Positions 49,165 to 62,543 of a stretch of 64,000 bases of DNA are shown here, one piece after another. This DNA comes from Bigelowiella natans CCMP2755 (taxonomy: Eukaryota; Protista; Cercozoa): positions 1 through 64,000 of the forward strand of contig ADNK01001706.1 of NCBI GenBank assembly GCA_000320545.1, in the 5' to 3' direction. The first letter of the stretch is position 1; every line of letters begins with the position of its first letter. The position numbers were made by a program, and so were the translations under genes. Below the pieces are notes generated by a model that ran no database searches, was not told the origin of the DNA, and saw only the letters and a list, made by a program, of their open reading frames with translations.

Positions 49165-50356
49165 ATGCGAAACATGTGCTATTGCCCGAGACTTCTAAAA
49201 ATGACCTACATCACCGCCTCAGTCGTATTGACGTTTGCAGCCCCGCAGGAAGCTGCAAAGCGAGTCTTAGAGCCCATGGCCGAGCACGTGTTTGGCGGTG
49301 AAGAAGCTTCCCTCGTGTTCAGCGGGGAAAAGCGGAAGAATAAGCACATTCTGGCCGATTCTGCACGAAATTCGCCCTCCATATACGTCCTAGATGCTGC
49401 ATCTGATCCTGGTCAGATCACGCCGCTACACAACGCTACGTTCTTGGAGCTTCGGCGCCGGGCCGTCCGCGATCCAAAAGAGGCAGATTTCATCTTCGTC
49501 GATATAGACACGCTCTTTCAGAAGTTCTGGCCTGTCTACCTGAAAACCAGCCGCCATAAGCATCACCACTCAATACTAAAGTGCGACACGTTTAAGCAGC
49601 ATCTGCAGAAGGAGATGGTGTACGTTGAAACGGTCCGACGATTCCTGCACGAGAACGGAAACTCGACGAAGGCTAAATTCGTATACTTCTACGACATTGA
49701 GTATGAAACAGCATTTTCTTTTTCCTTTTTTATTTGAGAGTACCAACAACGTGCCTGCGCACATTATCTGCGGGTTGGGAGATCCACGGGTATCCTTTTC
49801 TTTTCCACAGTCTTTGAGCGTGCCGTGTGCCATATATATGGAAAAAGACAAAACATTTATTTAGAGAAATGATAATAAGTCATTCAGCATACTTATGTAG
49901 CAACAAGGGTGATATCGCCACGTGGACATCTTACATGTCGTATAAGTCTCGCATTCATAAGAGGGAAATACTCGCGCTTGCTCCAATCCCCAAAGCCCTC
50001 TATCATAACCGCCCACCTTCTTCTCTTAGGTACAAGTACACCTGGGACGCACAACGCCGCAAAAGGGTGCGCAAACACCTCAACGAGCTGGGAGCGGACT
50101 TCGTGTTTCTCGGGAACGACATCGTCAAGAGCGATGCCGCCGCCGCCCCGTCCATCAACATTCTCCCCCCCATCAATATGTACCTCGCAACAACCGAGGA
50201 GCTGAAAACGAGAGGGGAGCGCAAGTACCTAGCCACCTTCCGCGGGAGGGAAGACACCGACAGATTCTCCAAACTAGAGCACCGTCTTCGCCTGTCGCAC
50301 CAACATATCCGCGACGTCATATTCGCGCTCAATGGGAACCGCACCAACGCTAGTAA

Positions 50357-50395
<39 letters not shown>

Positions 50396-50879
50396 GAAGA
50401 AGAACGAGACTAGTATCGTTGCGCAGGCAGGAATTTCTTCCTCCTCCTCCTCCTCCGCGTTTCCATCTTCCCCTGGTCCTGCCAAGCTCGACGTGGCCGC
50501 CAAGTTCGATCTTCTTGACACGAGGGTTGAGGAAGGGCCCGCAGACGCGCTCATAGACGCGTATCGCAACAGCGAGTTTGCTCTGTCCCCGGGCGGGACA
50601 AAGCCCTACTCGTTCCGTCCAGGAGAAGCGCTGACGTACGGCGCCATTCCCGTGATCATCATCGACGACACCGCGCCAATACACTCGCGCGACTGGGAGA
50701 AGTGGGCCGTTTTGATGCGAGAGAAACAGGTCGCGCACTGCGTCAGTATTCTCGAGGCAATTCCGCAATGGAAGCGCGATGCAATGTTCCTGGAGGGGAG
50801 GAAAATCGCACGCTGTGTCAACTCCGTAGCGGGCTATGTCGACTGCATGCTCGAGACTCTGGCCACCAACTTCCTTTAG
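49165..50879 (+). CDS. Exostosin-family glycosyltransferase (GT47)
   Basis: N-terminal hydrophobic segment; DPKEADFIFV, YLATFRG, YRNSEFALSPGG..SFRPGEAL.YGAIPVII.D, DWEKWAV; one intron near 49700-49860. Confidence 0.85.
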
Positions 50880-51118
50880 ACGGTAGGGAGGAGAATACGC
50901 TAGCCTCGCCTGCCCTGTCTATGGACTCCGGGGCTGGGAATGCTTCCCATGCTTATATATGTATATGTATAATTACATATTCTAAAGGTTATGAATTCAT
51001 CGACATTCTAAGTAGAAGATGTTGGTAAGAAGAATGCAGAAACTACGCTGGCGAAAAGAAGAGTTGGTAATCCATAGTAGTAGGACAATATGCATAGTGT
51101 CATACAATCTGTCAGGTC

Positions 51119-51160
<42 letters not shown>

Positions 51161-51229
51161 ATCGTATGTTGATGTCTGTTATGAGTTACATCCGTGCTAA
51201 CATGGCTGAGATGATTAGTGTCGGATCGC

Positions 51230-51545
51230 GTCGATGTTTGTGCATGCTGCTGTAGATGGCTAGATGGCTTGGAATTTGAATTCATGCAGGCTAGCATGTT
51301 AGCTAGCTCTAGAGCTCTAGAGCTAGCATTCAACTCTAGAACTAATCGAGGCATCGTGCGTCGCATCGCATCGCAGTGCTATCTAGCTATGCTAGCATGC
51401 TAGCATGGCTAGCTAGCTAGCCTGATACTTCTGGATCTCTAGGCTTAGCTAGCTTACTAGACACGTCTAGAGCCATTGCACAGCAATGAGCTAGGCGATG
51501 CATAATGTAGCAATCTAGCAATGTGACTCTAAAAATCTAGAGATT
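51230..51545. other. CTAG-saturated intergenic domain
   Basis: agctagctctagagctctagagctagc, ctagctagctag etc.; between convergent 3' ends. Confidence 0.75.
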
Positions 51546-51816
51546 GCGTTGATTGTGTGAAGGTTAAAGCATGTTTAAATGATGAACAACTTAAGATGAT
51601 TTCTAGAATACGATTATTGATTTCTAGAATGCGATGATACAGTCATTCTCTACGCAATCAAATTGATAAGCAGACTGCCACCTTGACTCATGGCTAAACT
51701 CTAGTCTAATAATAACCTATCATTTGCTTAACGATTTCTAACGATTTGTTCTATAATCCTTGGACTACCGACTAATTAATTAGGTTTTCACATCTACATT
51801 ACACCTGAACTTCGGG

Positions 51817-52807
51817 TTACTGGAAAATGCTGTCCGAACAAATAAACGAAGTTTTTATTACAAATCTACTACGGGGGATTGCTGTGGTGATTTGGCATCC
51901 CAGACATGTAGTGATATTCGTCCGCAGATAGAGACTATTTTTAAGAATACCAATATCAAACAAAATATCAAAACTAAAATAATTCGAATGTATTAAAGTG
52001 TTATATCCTAAAATATTTGAAAACTGAACCAAAACCTGATCATCGTCGTCATGATCTGGCTCTAATAATCCAGCATACTCGTCAATAAAAGGCAGGGCTA
52101 CGTTCTCAGCGTCTATGTTATAAACGTGATTAATTAGTGCAAGTAAGGAATGAAAATAATGTTATACATCATTTTATTGAGTGTGGTACAAAATTGGAAA
52201 AATTAGATGCGAAGCAAAGTCAGTCACCTTCTATATCCTCAGGAAGATAGAGAAGTTCATCTATAGGATTCAAATATGCACAATTTTATGTGAATACAAG
52301 CTGATAATGTATTTAATCTGAAACACTGATGGCTAAACTTTGTTACCGTTTAGTAGACTTTCTTCGATTTTCCCGAACAAGTCGAACTCCTGAAGATGCT
52401 CCATTGATCTAGAGTTTTAGAAACACATAAAAATGTAATCATGGATACCTACATCATATTTTTCCTTGTACAACTTGTTTTTTGTTTTTTCATGACAAAG
52501 TTTTCAATCAAGCTATATTTGATCACTTCATGTATTACGGTTCATCTTCGCCTATTTCCTCCTTTTGATCTAGACTCTCTTCGACTGTCAGAGATGGCTG
52601 CACTTTTCTTTCCCCATCGTAGGAAAGGACCCAATTTTTGGCATGGTCTATAATATTAGTTTCAAGTTTTGTCCTGTTCAAAGTTCCTTTTTCACCCAAT
52701 TCCTCTCTTTTTATTGTGTGGGCTCCAGATTTGTTAGCATCCGCCAACCACCGGCCCTCCGCCAATGTAGTTGCAAATAGGACAAATAAGATGAATGCTT
52801 GGCGCAT
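51817..52807 (-). CDS. Unidentified multi-exon secreted protein; 3' end uncertain
   Basis: Signal peptide MRQAFILFVLFATTLAEG, then short exons (e.g. DAENVALPFIDEYAGLLEPDHDDDDQ). Confidence 0.4.
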
Positions 52808-53717
52808 TTCAACCAACTTGAAATTATTCGAGCCTATTTTTGTTTATTAACTTCTTCAGATGTATGTCTCTATGTTTGTATCCTTTTGTGTTATCGAATA
52901 AGGCCCAGATCGGATGCAGAAGCAGCCATAGATCTAAAAAATCATGTAAAATTTTATGGAACTCATTCAAGAATCTTGTGACAACCACATCTTAAGGAAT
53001 CTCTTTCATCCAAATAGAAACATCTTTTCACATCGTGACTAGTTTATGACAAGAATATCTATTAGCATTCATGAGAGGTATGATGCCCGTGAGCCCCTCC
53101 ACTTCAATTTCTACCATCATCAGAAACGTACTAAAAAGGGTAGCTCGGGTTGTGTGACAAGGAGACATCACGGATCGCTGCAGTACTGCAGTACCAACTC
53201 CCCGCCAAGCCTTTAAAAATGGAACAATTCACTATAAATCTATATTGCGACATCAAAAAAGCTTCAATGTTGATCGAAATTGGGCCGGTGAGAGTAGTGC
53301 GCTCTGTTTTGCTTTCCAAGCAGCACCAACGCTTCCATCAGAGACTCCCTAGAGACACTCGCAACCCCGCGGGTCCGAAACGTGCCTTTTCCTCCCGACG
53401 ACGAGTTCTGCCCCGTGCCTCGATCGCAGAACCGAGGAGACTTCGCTGGCCAGCGCCCGTACCCCCGGTTTTGCCCAGGGACGCCCGTTGGGAATGTCAT
53501 GTGACGTGCTGTCGCTTGGGGATTTTCAACATGTGACTTAAGAGCTGGCCAGCATGCGGCGCTTCACGCTGAAATCAGCTTTCAAATGATTGTCGCCAAG
53601 CTGGAATCGCATCGGAATTCACAGAACACTTTTGCCGCCTAGCTCCCTCCCCCATCGTTGATGAGCTTTCTACGACGAGTTGAAACTGAAGTCAGCATTT
53701 GCTCCTTGTGTTAATAA

Positions 53718-56681
53718 ATGCGAGCTTCATCTATCGCAGTGTCTCTTGGCACACTCACTCTCTCCTCTCTTGTAAGAAGCAGTTATGCATCCCAGAATAA
53801 TAGCGGAGATGATTCAGACACGGGAGGCATGTCGGATCTGTTATTGGCGATCGTCATAGTTTTATGCGCATTTTCACTACTATTGGTTCTTCTTACGTCT
53901 TATTTTGCCTTGAAGCTTTGGTGGATTCTATCAAGCACTCGAGAAGAGAAAAGGAAATCAAAGAGAATAGAATGTGCAAATAACATGATTGGAAGAAAGT
54001 TTCGATGGGTCCGTTATGGAGGAAGTCCCCTTGGTAATATTTTAAGAAAGTATTGTTACTGATTGAATACATATACAATCCTGCCACTGAAAGATTATCA
54101 CCCTATTAACAGGAAGAGGAAGTTTTGGTGAGGTGTTTCGAGCCATGATTGTGGAACCACTTTGCAATTGTGGACAAAGTTTTAAGCATATAAAGCACAA
54201 GTCAGGAGCAGCATGTTTTTTGTGTCTAGAGCCTCAAATGGAAAATGAGTCATGGCCTGGTTGCGAAACTTGCCAAACTCGAGTATGCAATCTTTGTTTT
54301 GAGACACCATGTGGAAAACAAATGGCTGTAAAGCAGGTAATCCATGGACTGATTTATCATTGATGCGTACCCAAGAAAAGTGGTCCAAAATTAGGTCGTG
54401 ACAGAAAGGAAGAAATTAGTAGTCGAAGTTCAGAAGGAGGCAATAATTTTAAAAAGACTTCACCATCCGAACATAGTATCAGTTTATAGTACAGAGACTC
54501 GAAGAGTAGAAGGTTGTGGAAAATATAACATAATAATATCAGTGTATTAAACCCAAGTACGGTCATATCCATCAGCATCAAGGGAAGATAATAAAAAGTA
54601 CAATGTTTTCATTTTTATGGAACTCGTTCTCGGTTCCTCTCTGGATCATAACATTCAAGTAAGTGTTCAACGTTATAAGCAGCTAGATCTAGGAAGCAGG
54701 TGAAATTGTTATACTGGATTTAGGCATATGGACCAATACCTGAAACTGTGATGCGAAACTTCACCCGCCAATGCATTAGAGCACTAATGTATTGCCATGA
54801 TCGTGGAATAATACATCGTGATCTGAAAGGTAAACCTATAACTATAACGAGAATAAGTGATAACATAGTCTTGGTTAGGACGAAACATACTTATTACGAG
54901 CAACGGCCTTGTAAAAATTACTGACTTCGGATCTGCGAAGGTCAATTTAGCCGAGATACATTTAAAAAATATATATATAACTCAGCACTTTGATAGATTA
55001 CAAATGATCCGCACAAACTTCATCCTATTCTTGGGGAAGAAATGAATAGAAGATTGAAACGGCGAGGAAGTTCTCGATCTGTCAGCAGAGGAGATTCAAA
55101 TGCATCTCAACTAAGAAGGAGGGATCGGGCTTTTCTTTGTCATCCAGATACGAAAGGTATCATCATCATGTTCAAAGGACAAAGAGAATATTTTCCAACT
55201 ACTCTGTATATATCATAACTTGATTTAATTACGCAGAGGGTCACTGTAGACGACACTCAAATGCGTCTTTGGCTTCCAAATTAAGTGCAGGAGGAGAAGA
55301 GCTTCCGTTCCAATATACCCTGCAATGGGTTGCACCTGAGGTGGTGCGAGCAGCCCCTGTCTGCAACTCAAAATGTGACATCTGGTCCCTAGGTTGTGTG
55401 ATTATCGAGATGAGAGGGGCTTACCCTTGGGCGGAAAGACTTCGAGGCCACGGAGCTAACCCTATGGCACTTCTACACGATATTGCAAATACGAATTTGA
55501 TCCCGGAAATTCCCTCTGATTTATCGGCTGCAGGAACAGCCTTTATAACCGCCTGTCTCTTCAGGGATCCAAATCAGAGACCAAGCGCGAGGGAGCTTCT
55601 AGAAATGCCCTGGCTATCAGCCCAGCCAGGTTTAGTAGAGGGAATATTAGGGAAAAGCCCAGTCTCCCTTTTGGAAAATTCTAAGAGCTTTTTAGGCTCA
55701 GGAGTTTCAAAGAATGATAAAAAAGAGGCAGTAGAGTGTGGATGTAGCGCATTTTTCTCCTCTTTAAGGCAACCATCAAGGTTGATTCCACGTGCAACAG
55801 TTGATGGGACCACGAGACTTTCTTCTTTGACCAAGCGACGTAGCGAAGAAAGCCCTGTTGTAAAAGTTAAGAAAGGTAGGGTTCGCCGAAATATTTCGAT
55901 AGAGTTGTCCCCAGATGCAATCGTGAATATTGAAGACAAATGGGCTAATGAAGTTGAGCGACGCGTCGATGAGGTAATAGATGAACAGATTGGAATAAAT
56001 CTCTTAAATCTGAGATTAATATTCTTGTTCTCAAAAGAATAGTTCTTATGCTAAAACAAATTAAAATGAATTATCTACAGGGATCGCAGTGTCGTCAATT
56101 TCGGCAGTTTTCTGGAGACCTATTAGATCAGCCCTGTTATAAAACTGATGACGATAATACTGATTTCAAGCACAATTTAAATCAAGAAGATTCTGTTGTG
56201 GATTACAGCAATTCCAATAAAAAGAATCCAATTAATAAATCCAAAACACTTTCTGCAGAAGTTGCGAGTGCAGGTCATATTTACATTCTAACATTTTATG
56301 AAACCCTATATTTCTCAAAAGTGATGTTACCATATAGGTGTCGCTTCCGATAACATAGAACCCATTGACGTTCTTGATAATGACGAATTTTGGAGAAATC
56401 ATCCGGGTTCGCCGGTTTCAAGGAACCCAGTAGTTTCCCAAGCAACATCTCCGTCCCATGCACATTCAGCAGCAGCCATCGCTACTTCTCCGTTGCGATC
56501 GCGAGCACCATCGACAACTTCTGATGCCGATCGCAGGTGCAGGCCTGGTGGATTGAATCCTCAAATTACTTCACCTAAACTAGAGGCTCCACGTGTGGTG
56601 TTCAATTTCAATGGATTAGGCCTTCCTGCACAAGAAAACCGTCTACCTTTCAAAAGATCAGGATCGAACAAAACCCTCTAG
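53718..56681 (+). CDS. Membrane-anchored STE/MAP3K-like Ser/Thr kinase, multi-exon
   Basis: Signal peptide and TM (LLLAIVIVLCAFSLLLVLLTSYFAL); G|RGSFGEV, AVKQ, KE..ILKRLHHPNI, IFMELV.GSSL, IIHRDLKG.NIL, KITDFGSAK, WVAPE, DIWSLGC.IIEM, RPSARELL..PW. Confidence 0.9.
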
Positions 56682-56694
56682 AAGCAAACATACA

Positions 56695-57330
56695 TGTCTA
56701 GATCTAGAAATGTTTACGACTACTACATCTGGGGACAACCCAATCGAAATGTTATTTCGGCGATCCCTAAAGAGTGATCACATGCATGTAAGAAAAGGCA
56801 CATGTGAACACATTGGCACTACTAGACGGATGCACATTGCGCGCATGCTAGCATGCACCACTGTCACACAGCCGATCTAGCGATGCGGATGTCGGGATTC
56901 GAACAAGGGCAATCCAATCCTCATTTTTGTGGATTTTCACAATGCTACATGCTAGCATGCTAGCATCTAGAGCATGATGCTAGCTAGCTAGAATGGATGG
57001 CTAGATGGCTAGATGAACAAGACGATGCCACCATGGCCAAAATGATGCGCATGCACTGCAATCTAGCAATCACAGCCTTCAAGCTAGCAAGAGAACAGAG
57101 CTAGCAGAGTGTTGGCCCATGCGCTCACAATGACAAATGAGATCAAAAGCAGCAGGCTAGCAGGCATGCATGATGAATGATTGTTTGTGATTCTGACATC
57201 ATCTAGATCATCATTCGCAAATTCTAGCAGCTAGGAGCTTTAATGGATGTCTAGATAAGCGTTGCGTTCAAACGCTAATGACTTTTGTGTGTGAGTAGAT
57301 GACTAGATGAACATAAGATGACTAGATTTC
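56695..57330. other. TpA-eroded, CTAG-rich domain between convergent genes
   Basis: gctagcatgctagcatctagagcatgatgctagctagctag; few other TA. Confidence 0.75.
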
Positions 57331-57394
57331 AGTTCGGTGCCGAAGACTGCATCCAACGAGCACGTATGGGTGATATGCACGACCCTACCTTCCT

Positions 57395-60300
57395 CTACTT
57401 TCCGAACATGTAAGAACGATCGCCCGTCTGCAAGGGGTAATCATAAATTAATCCACAGCTGTTACATTAAAGGTGTTCCTAACCGCCTTACCTTCCATGA
57501 GAAAATTCTCATCGGAATCCTGTAGTTATTGTTGGCGCTGCTGACAAAGTTTGTTGGTGTGGTGAAGTAGCGGAATAGCTGGTTTGTTGTCCAGAGAATC
57601 GATCCTTAAAAATATCAATGTGACAAAATCTCACTACTCACATTTCCCCCAACAGTTTCATAACGGTAGGCAACATATATACTCTCCATGTCTCAGCTGC
57701 ACAGTCATATCGTGATATTTTGATGAAGCTCAACACTCCAAGTGCCCAATACAAACAGCACACAAGGACTTCAGCAACCGTCGTCATCGCCCACAAAGAC
57801 TGTCACCACCGTTAGCACTACGATGCAAAAACCATTATTACCTTCTTCATCATCAAAAGCAAATGTATCCACCCATTGCATAGTTACACTGTTAGAGTAG
57901 GCCTCGGCTGCAGTAACAAGACGGAACAGAATTGCACACGCCATTTCAGCATCAGCTAGTGGCAGTTTGAATTACTTCCTTAATCAAAACCATTATGTAC
58001 TCATGCTACTACTGGCCCGAACGACATCATCATCATCGCTGCATGCTCATGTAAGATCTAATATCGTTGTACCACTGACAGGTGGTTGCATCGAGGAGAT
58101 TCGATTGATGCGGTACACTGCAGACGTGGTTAGTCCTCCGTATATCAGATCCCCCTTCAAGCACAAGAGCAAGAAAGGATAAGCAGAAAACGCGTTAGGT
58201 AAATTTAAAGCTACTGCTTCGGACGAGGGAATGAGTAAACATGCTTCTTCTTTTCCTTTCCTTTTTTTTAGAAACTCGCAGTGGCATTATTTCGTGTGGT
58301 GTAGAGGAAAAGAATAGTAGCGTGTATGATAGGACGTTGGAAGTCATGGCCAGCCCATCGCTTGGAGAATCCTTCTCGATGACTTTGACGACCTTCCGAT
58401 GTTATCGTATAGCATCATGTCATCACCTCATGACAAACGCTGCAAAGAGTTAGAAAAGATTGGGTTGGGCTTCTCTCTTTAGATCACGTAGATGAAGCCA
58501 TCTTTGGGGAGGGTATTATTTTTGGGTCAACCCCTTCTTTTCGAGGATGGCAATGGATTCGATGGCAAACACATGTATAATGATGCAATTGGCCAGCTTG
58601 CTCACCAATCAGCGTCAATACCCACCAACACAACCACCTATTCACGCTGGTGATTGTCATCACCATTATCATCACCACACAGATCGAAGCAGCACCAGCA
58701 CCACCCCACCCCAAACCACCTCTTGCGAGATCTGCTGCCATGTGAGGCTAAAGTTCATCAGGGCCGATGTTGGCACCACGAACAAATCGAGCGAGTGCAG
58801 TGCACAGTAGTACAGCTCATTGCCATCTGGGGTCAGCGCAATACCTAGGACAACAACAATCTCCTGACGGCCAGTCCACATATGTGCATTTAAGCTCGTG
58901 CATATGGCCATTTTTGTAGAGAATGAGTCGGCAGCTAACCCTCTTTCAGTAGGGACAAAATCCTCGCAATCGCCCCCCAGAGGAGGCTGCGAGCGAGCGA
59001 TATTGTGAAAGTGTATGCGACACCCATGCCACTCGTACAAATGTGTTGAATCGCGCGTGTGTTGCGTCTGTGTGTGTATCTCTGCTCCCCCTTTTCTTTT
59101 CTCTGGCTCGTCTTATATGCATTTCTTACCATCTGACGGAGTGGTGAAATTTTGAGTGCCGTAGTTGACCGAATCGATAATAAATGCCAACGAAGGGTTG
59201 ATCCGAGTACTGACACCGCTGCATTAGAATAGCATCTAAAGCTAAAGAACAACGGTGCTGGGGCTTGTGGTGCTTGCGATGGGTTTGCGTGACGATCTAC
59301 TGAATGGTGTTTGATTACGTGCTTTATTAGCTTTATTAGTGCGACCTGAATCGACGAGATAAGTTCCTTGTGAAGTCGTAGGCAATGATGCCACCAGGGC
59401 CATTTGCGTCGCTTTTCACATGGAGATAGAAGCTATTAGTCGGTTTGCTGCTGCTGCTGCTGCTGCTGCTGCTAATGGTGGTGGTGGTGGTGGTGGTGGT
59501 GGTGGAAAATACGAGAAAGCAAGTACATTGGCATCCCACCCCTACCACTTCAGCTAGTCGTTGGATAGTAGCTGGTGCTACAACCTTATATATGCCCAGT
59601 TGCGATCGACGTCCACGACGATGTCATTGAGGAAGGAGGAGTTGTACGGAGCTACCTGTGGGTAGTGGAGCGCGTGTTTCAAATATTGGCAAGGCGATAA
59701 GACACCGTCAGGATCATAGCAATCGCATTCCCAATGTAGACATATTTTGTGCGCCTGATCTTGCATCATCTCACTGCAAGATAGCGTCTCGCTGAGGATC
59801 TCGAAGCAATCACGAGCGTCGATTCGGCCGCAAACATAACTCACCTCGTTTGGGAAAACGTAGCTCTTGACCGTTTGGTTTGTGTTCAGGTCGTAGATGA
59901 TGATCTTGGGCGGCGAGGAGTTGTCAGGGGTTGGAGTAGCTATGTAAAGCCGTCCCACGTCAATAATCCACATCCAACCTTCATCATATGCGACAAAGCA
60001 ACGTCTCACCACCAATCAACGACGGAGTATATTGGCGCGCACACGTCACAGCGCTGCGATCGCTGTTGGCATTAGGCGCGAAATATAAACATCAGAGTGT
60101 CAGTTGGCTGCTGCTGCTTTCGAGTGCCGGAGTGATAAATAGGGTATGCAACGAGTTGTCTGCAGCACTATATCCGGTGAGAAATGAAATTCAGGAGCCT
60201 GGATTGTGTTAAGTCACGATTATCTGCCAGTGTGAGTTCTTTCCCAATCGGCCATTAATCGGCCATTAATCTTCCAATCGGCGACTTCCTCTATTACGCA

Positions 60301-60549
60301 AGTACTACCACCACCCCCTGCAATGCATTCACCCACACAACCCCTACCTCTCGGGTCGATCTCCATTGATTGGACATACTGGAGCGCACTTGGATCTCCT
60401 GAACGCGTTGCATATACGGCGACAACGCCCGCTCTCAGGATGCTAGAATTTACGCGGATAATGCCTTAATAAACGAACATAAGACCGACCGATGGCTTGC
60501 CACCCACACGAAGGAAATGGCTCGTGCTTCCCTCTATTTCCACGTGCAA

Positions 60550-60637
<88 letters not shown>

Positions 60638-60850
60638 GACGCCCCATAAGAGAATGCGACCTCATACAAACTATCGACTCGTTTGTGCTGGCAGAGCGTA
60701 CAGTAGGAGTTGATTTACGATGCGAAGTAAGTGGATCAATATCACCAGTTTGCGCAACCACGTTCAGAGTCGATGGGACGCCGCGTTTCCATCTTGGAAC
60801 AACATATATCGTAACAGTAACAACAGCACCAGCACCAGCACCAGCACCGA

Positions 60851-60883
<33 letters not shown>

Positions 60884-62010
60884 AAGAAGTAGCAGTAGGT
60901 GATGCAGTAGTATACAAATCATCAGATATGTCAGATAACGATCGCGTTTGCCGCCGCACACTCCTCGTAGAAACACAGGCACCCACGTATTTACAGCTAC
61001 AAATCAGCATATATATATATATATATATATGTACCTGTGTGCTGAATCTAGAAGATTAAAAGAAGAAGTAGAAGTAGAAGAGGGAGAAGAAGAAAGGGAG
61101 GGAGGGAGGGAGGGTGGGAGGGAGGGAGGGAGAGAGAAATGGTAGAAAAAGATACAAGGAATGATTCACACCTAGGAACAGTAACGTAAAGCTTATTTTT
61201 GTATGCCTTGAGCCCCTGACAGACATATAAGCACATACACGCACAAACACACATATAAACACAACAATAAAGAGAAAAATAGAGGAGGGGAGAATGAGAG
61301 GAACAAATCGAAGGGCGTGAGCACGTGAGCGGCCCATTGATCTGTGCGGGCTCCGACACAAATCTGCGACAATATCCATGTGCAGCTCACTGGCATGTGT
61401 GCCTTTGTCATTGTATTCGCTTCACTCCTTGATACGTGTACTACCGTGATAACATTATTTTCCACCGTGTAGCTGTTCCCGCAGTAGCTAAGAAGATACG
61501 GCAACGAGCACATATTCACTAACCAATCTTGCTGCGGATGTAGAGCAAAGCAATGTACATCAACAACAACAATCGAAAGGTGCTTACTTTGTGAAGTCGA
61601 CAGAGGAAAACTGGTGCAATATTTTGGGCAGTTCTCCCGACGAAGAATCTTCCACATAATGGATATAAGACAGCCAAATTTACCTTGAGGACAACATGCT
61701 AATGCAATGATTTCTTCCGCTGAACCTGAGTCTTTCCCTTTGTCATTTTTGATGAATAGCAACGTCACCAGAGATATAGCCAACATTACCGCAACAAACA
61801 CGAAAATAAGGGGAGCCACGACCTGCAACACAAGCCTTAGTTTTTTGGTGTCGGGTGATCTGTGGGATCATCACAACAGTTGCCCACCTTAAAGTATCGC
61901 TTGCAATCGTTCATATGATCATCTGCAGGATGATGATGCGACTGTTGAATGGCCCCTTCCTGATCTCCCAACCGTCGGAATTGCACCGAGTTGGCGTTCT
62001 CCATTCTCAT
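57395..62010 (-). CDS. Yellow/major royal jelly protein (MRJP) family beta-propeller with N-terminal membrane anchor, many introns
   Basis: Exons: KLYVTVPR|WKRGVPSTLN, LQYVQSMEID, WMWIIDVGR, PKIIIYDL, SFLNDIVVD, AYI|SD, GIIAYD, D|GIALTPDG.ELYY, SDGLAM, WVDTFAF; last exon TGDRSYMFGK*. Confidence 0.85.
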
Positions 62011-62543
62011 GCTGCTGGCCGGCGCAGGCAGGGCCAGAAGTATCACCGCTTGCCTCTTCTTCTTGCTCGGGAATGTGAAGAAGGGCCCGGCTGAGATCGG
62101 ACAATAAATATATCTTAAGACAGGGGGACTTCAAATATTTTTTCTTCAGGAAACCAGGAGATTTTGCTCCAGATGGAATCCCACTCGGTTGTCTCAGGAT
62201 GACAAGCTCCCTGCCCGAATCTAAACGAACAATTCATGATTTTAGACTGCGACAAGGCATGTGATGGCCTTCTCACATCAAAAAGGCTTCCATCTGAAGA
62301 CCCGTTGATGTAAGATGTAAGACTTACAAGAAGTATCAAGGGTGTGCAAAATGCACTCCGGTTTTTACTAATGCGCGCCGTTTTTACTCAAACGAACGTA
62401 AAACAAGCATCTTCTTATGAAGCTGGGCGGTCTGGGAGAGATTACGTTACTACTATTTTTAGAGCAAGATCTCATATCACGCATTCCTGAATCCCCATTC
62501 CGTAGCTCACAGTGCAGACCGAAGATCTGATTCGAAGACGAAA

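Noticed and set aside
56880-56925. Minus-strand GTTCGAATCCC B-box-like motif suggesting a tRNA
   Set aside because: T-stem does not pair and no D or anticodon arm is visible; at most a decayed tRNA/SINE fragment.
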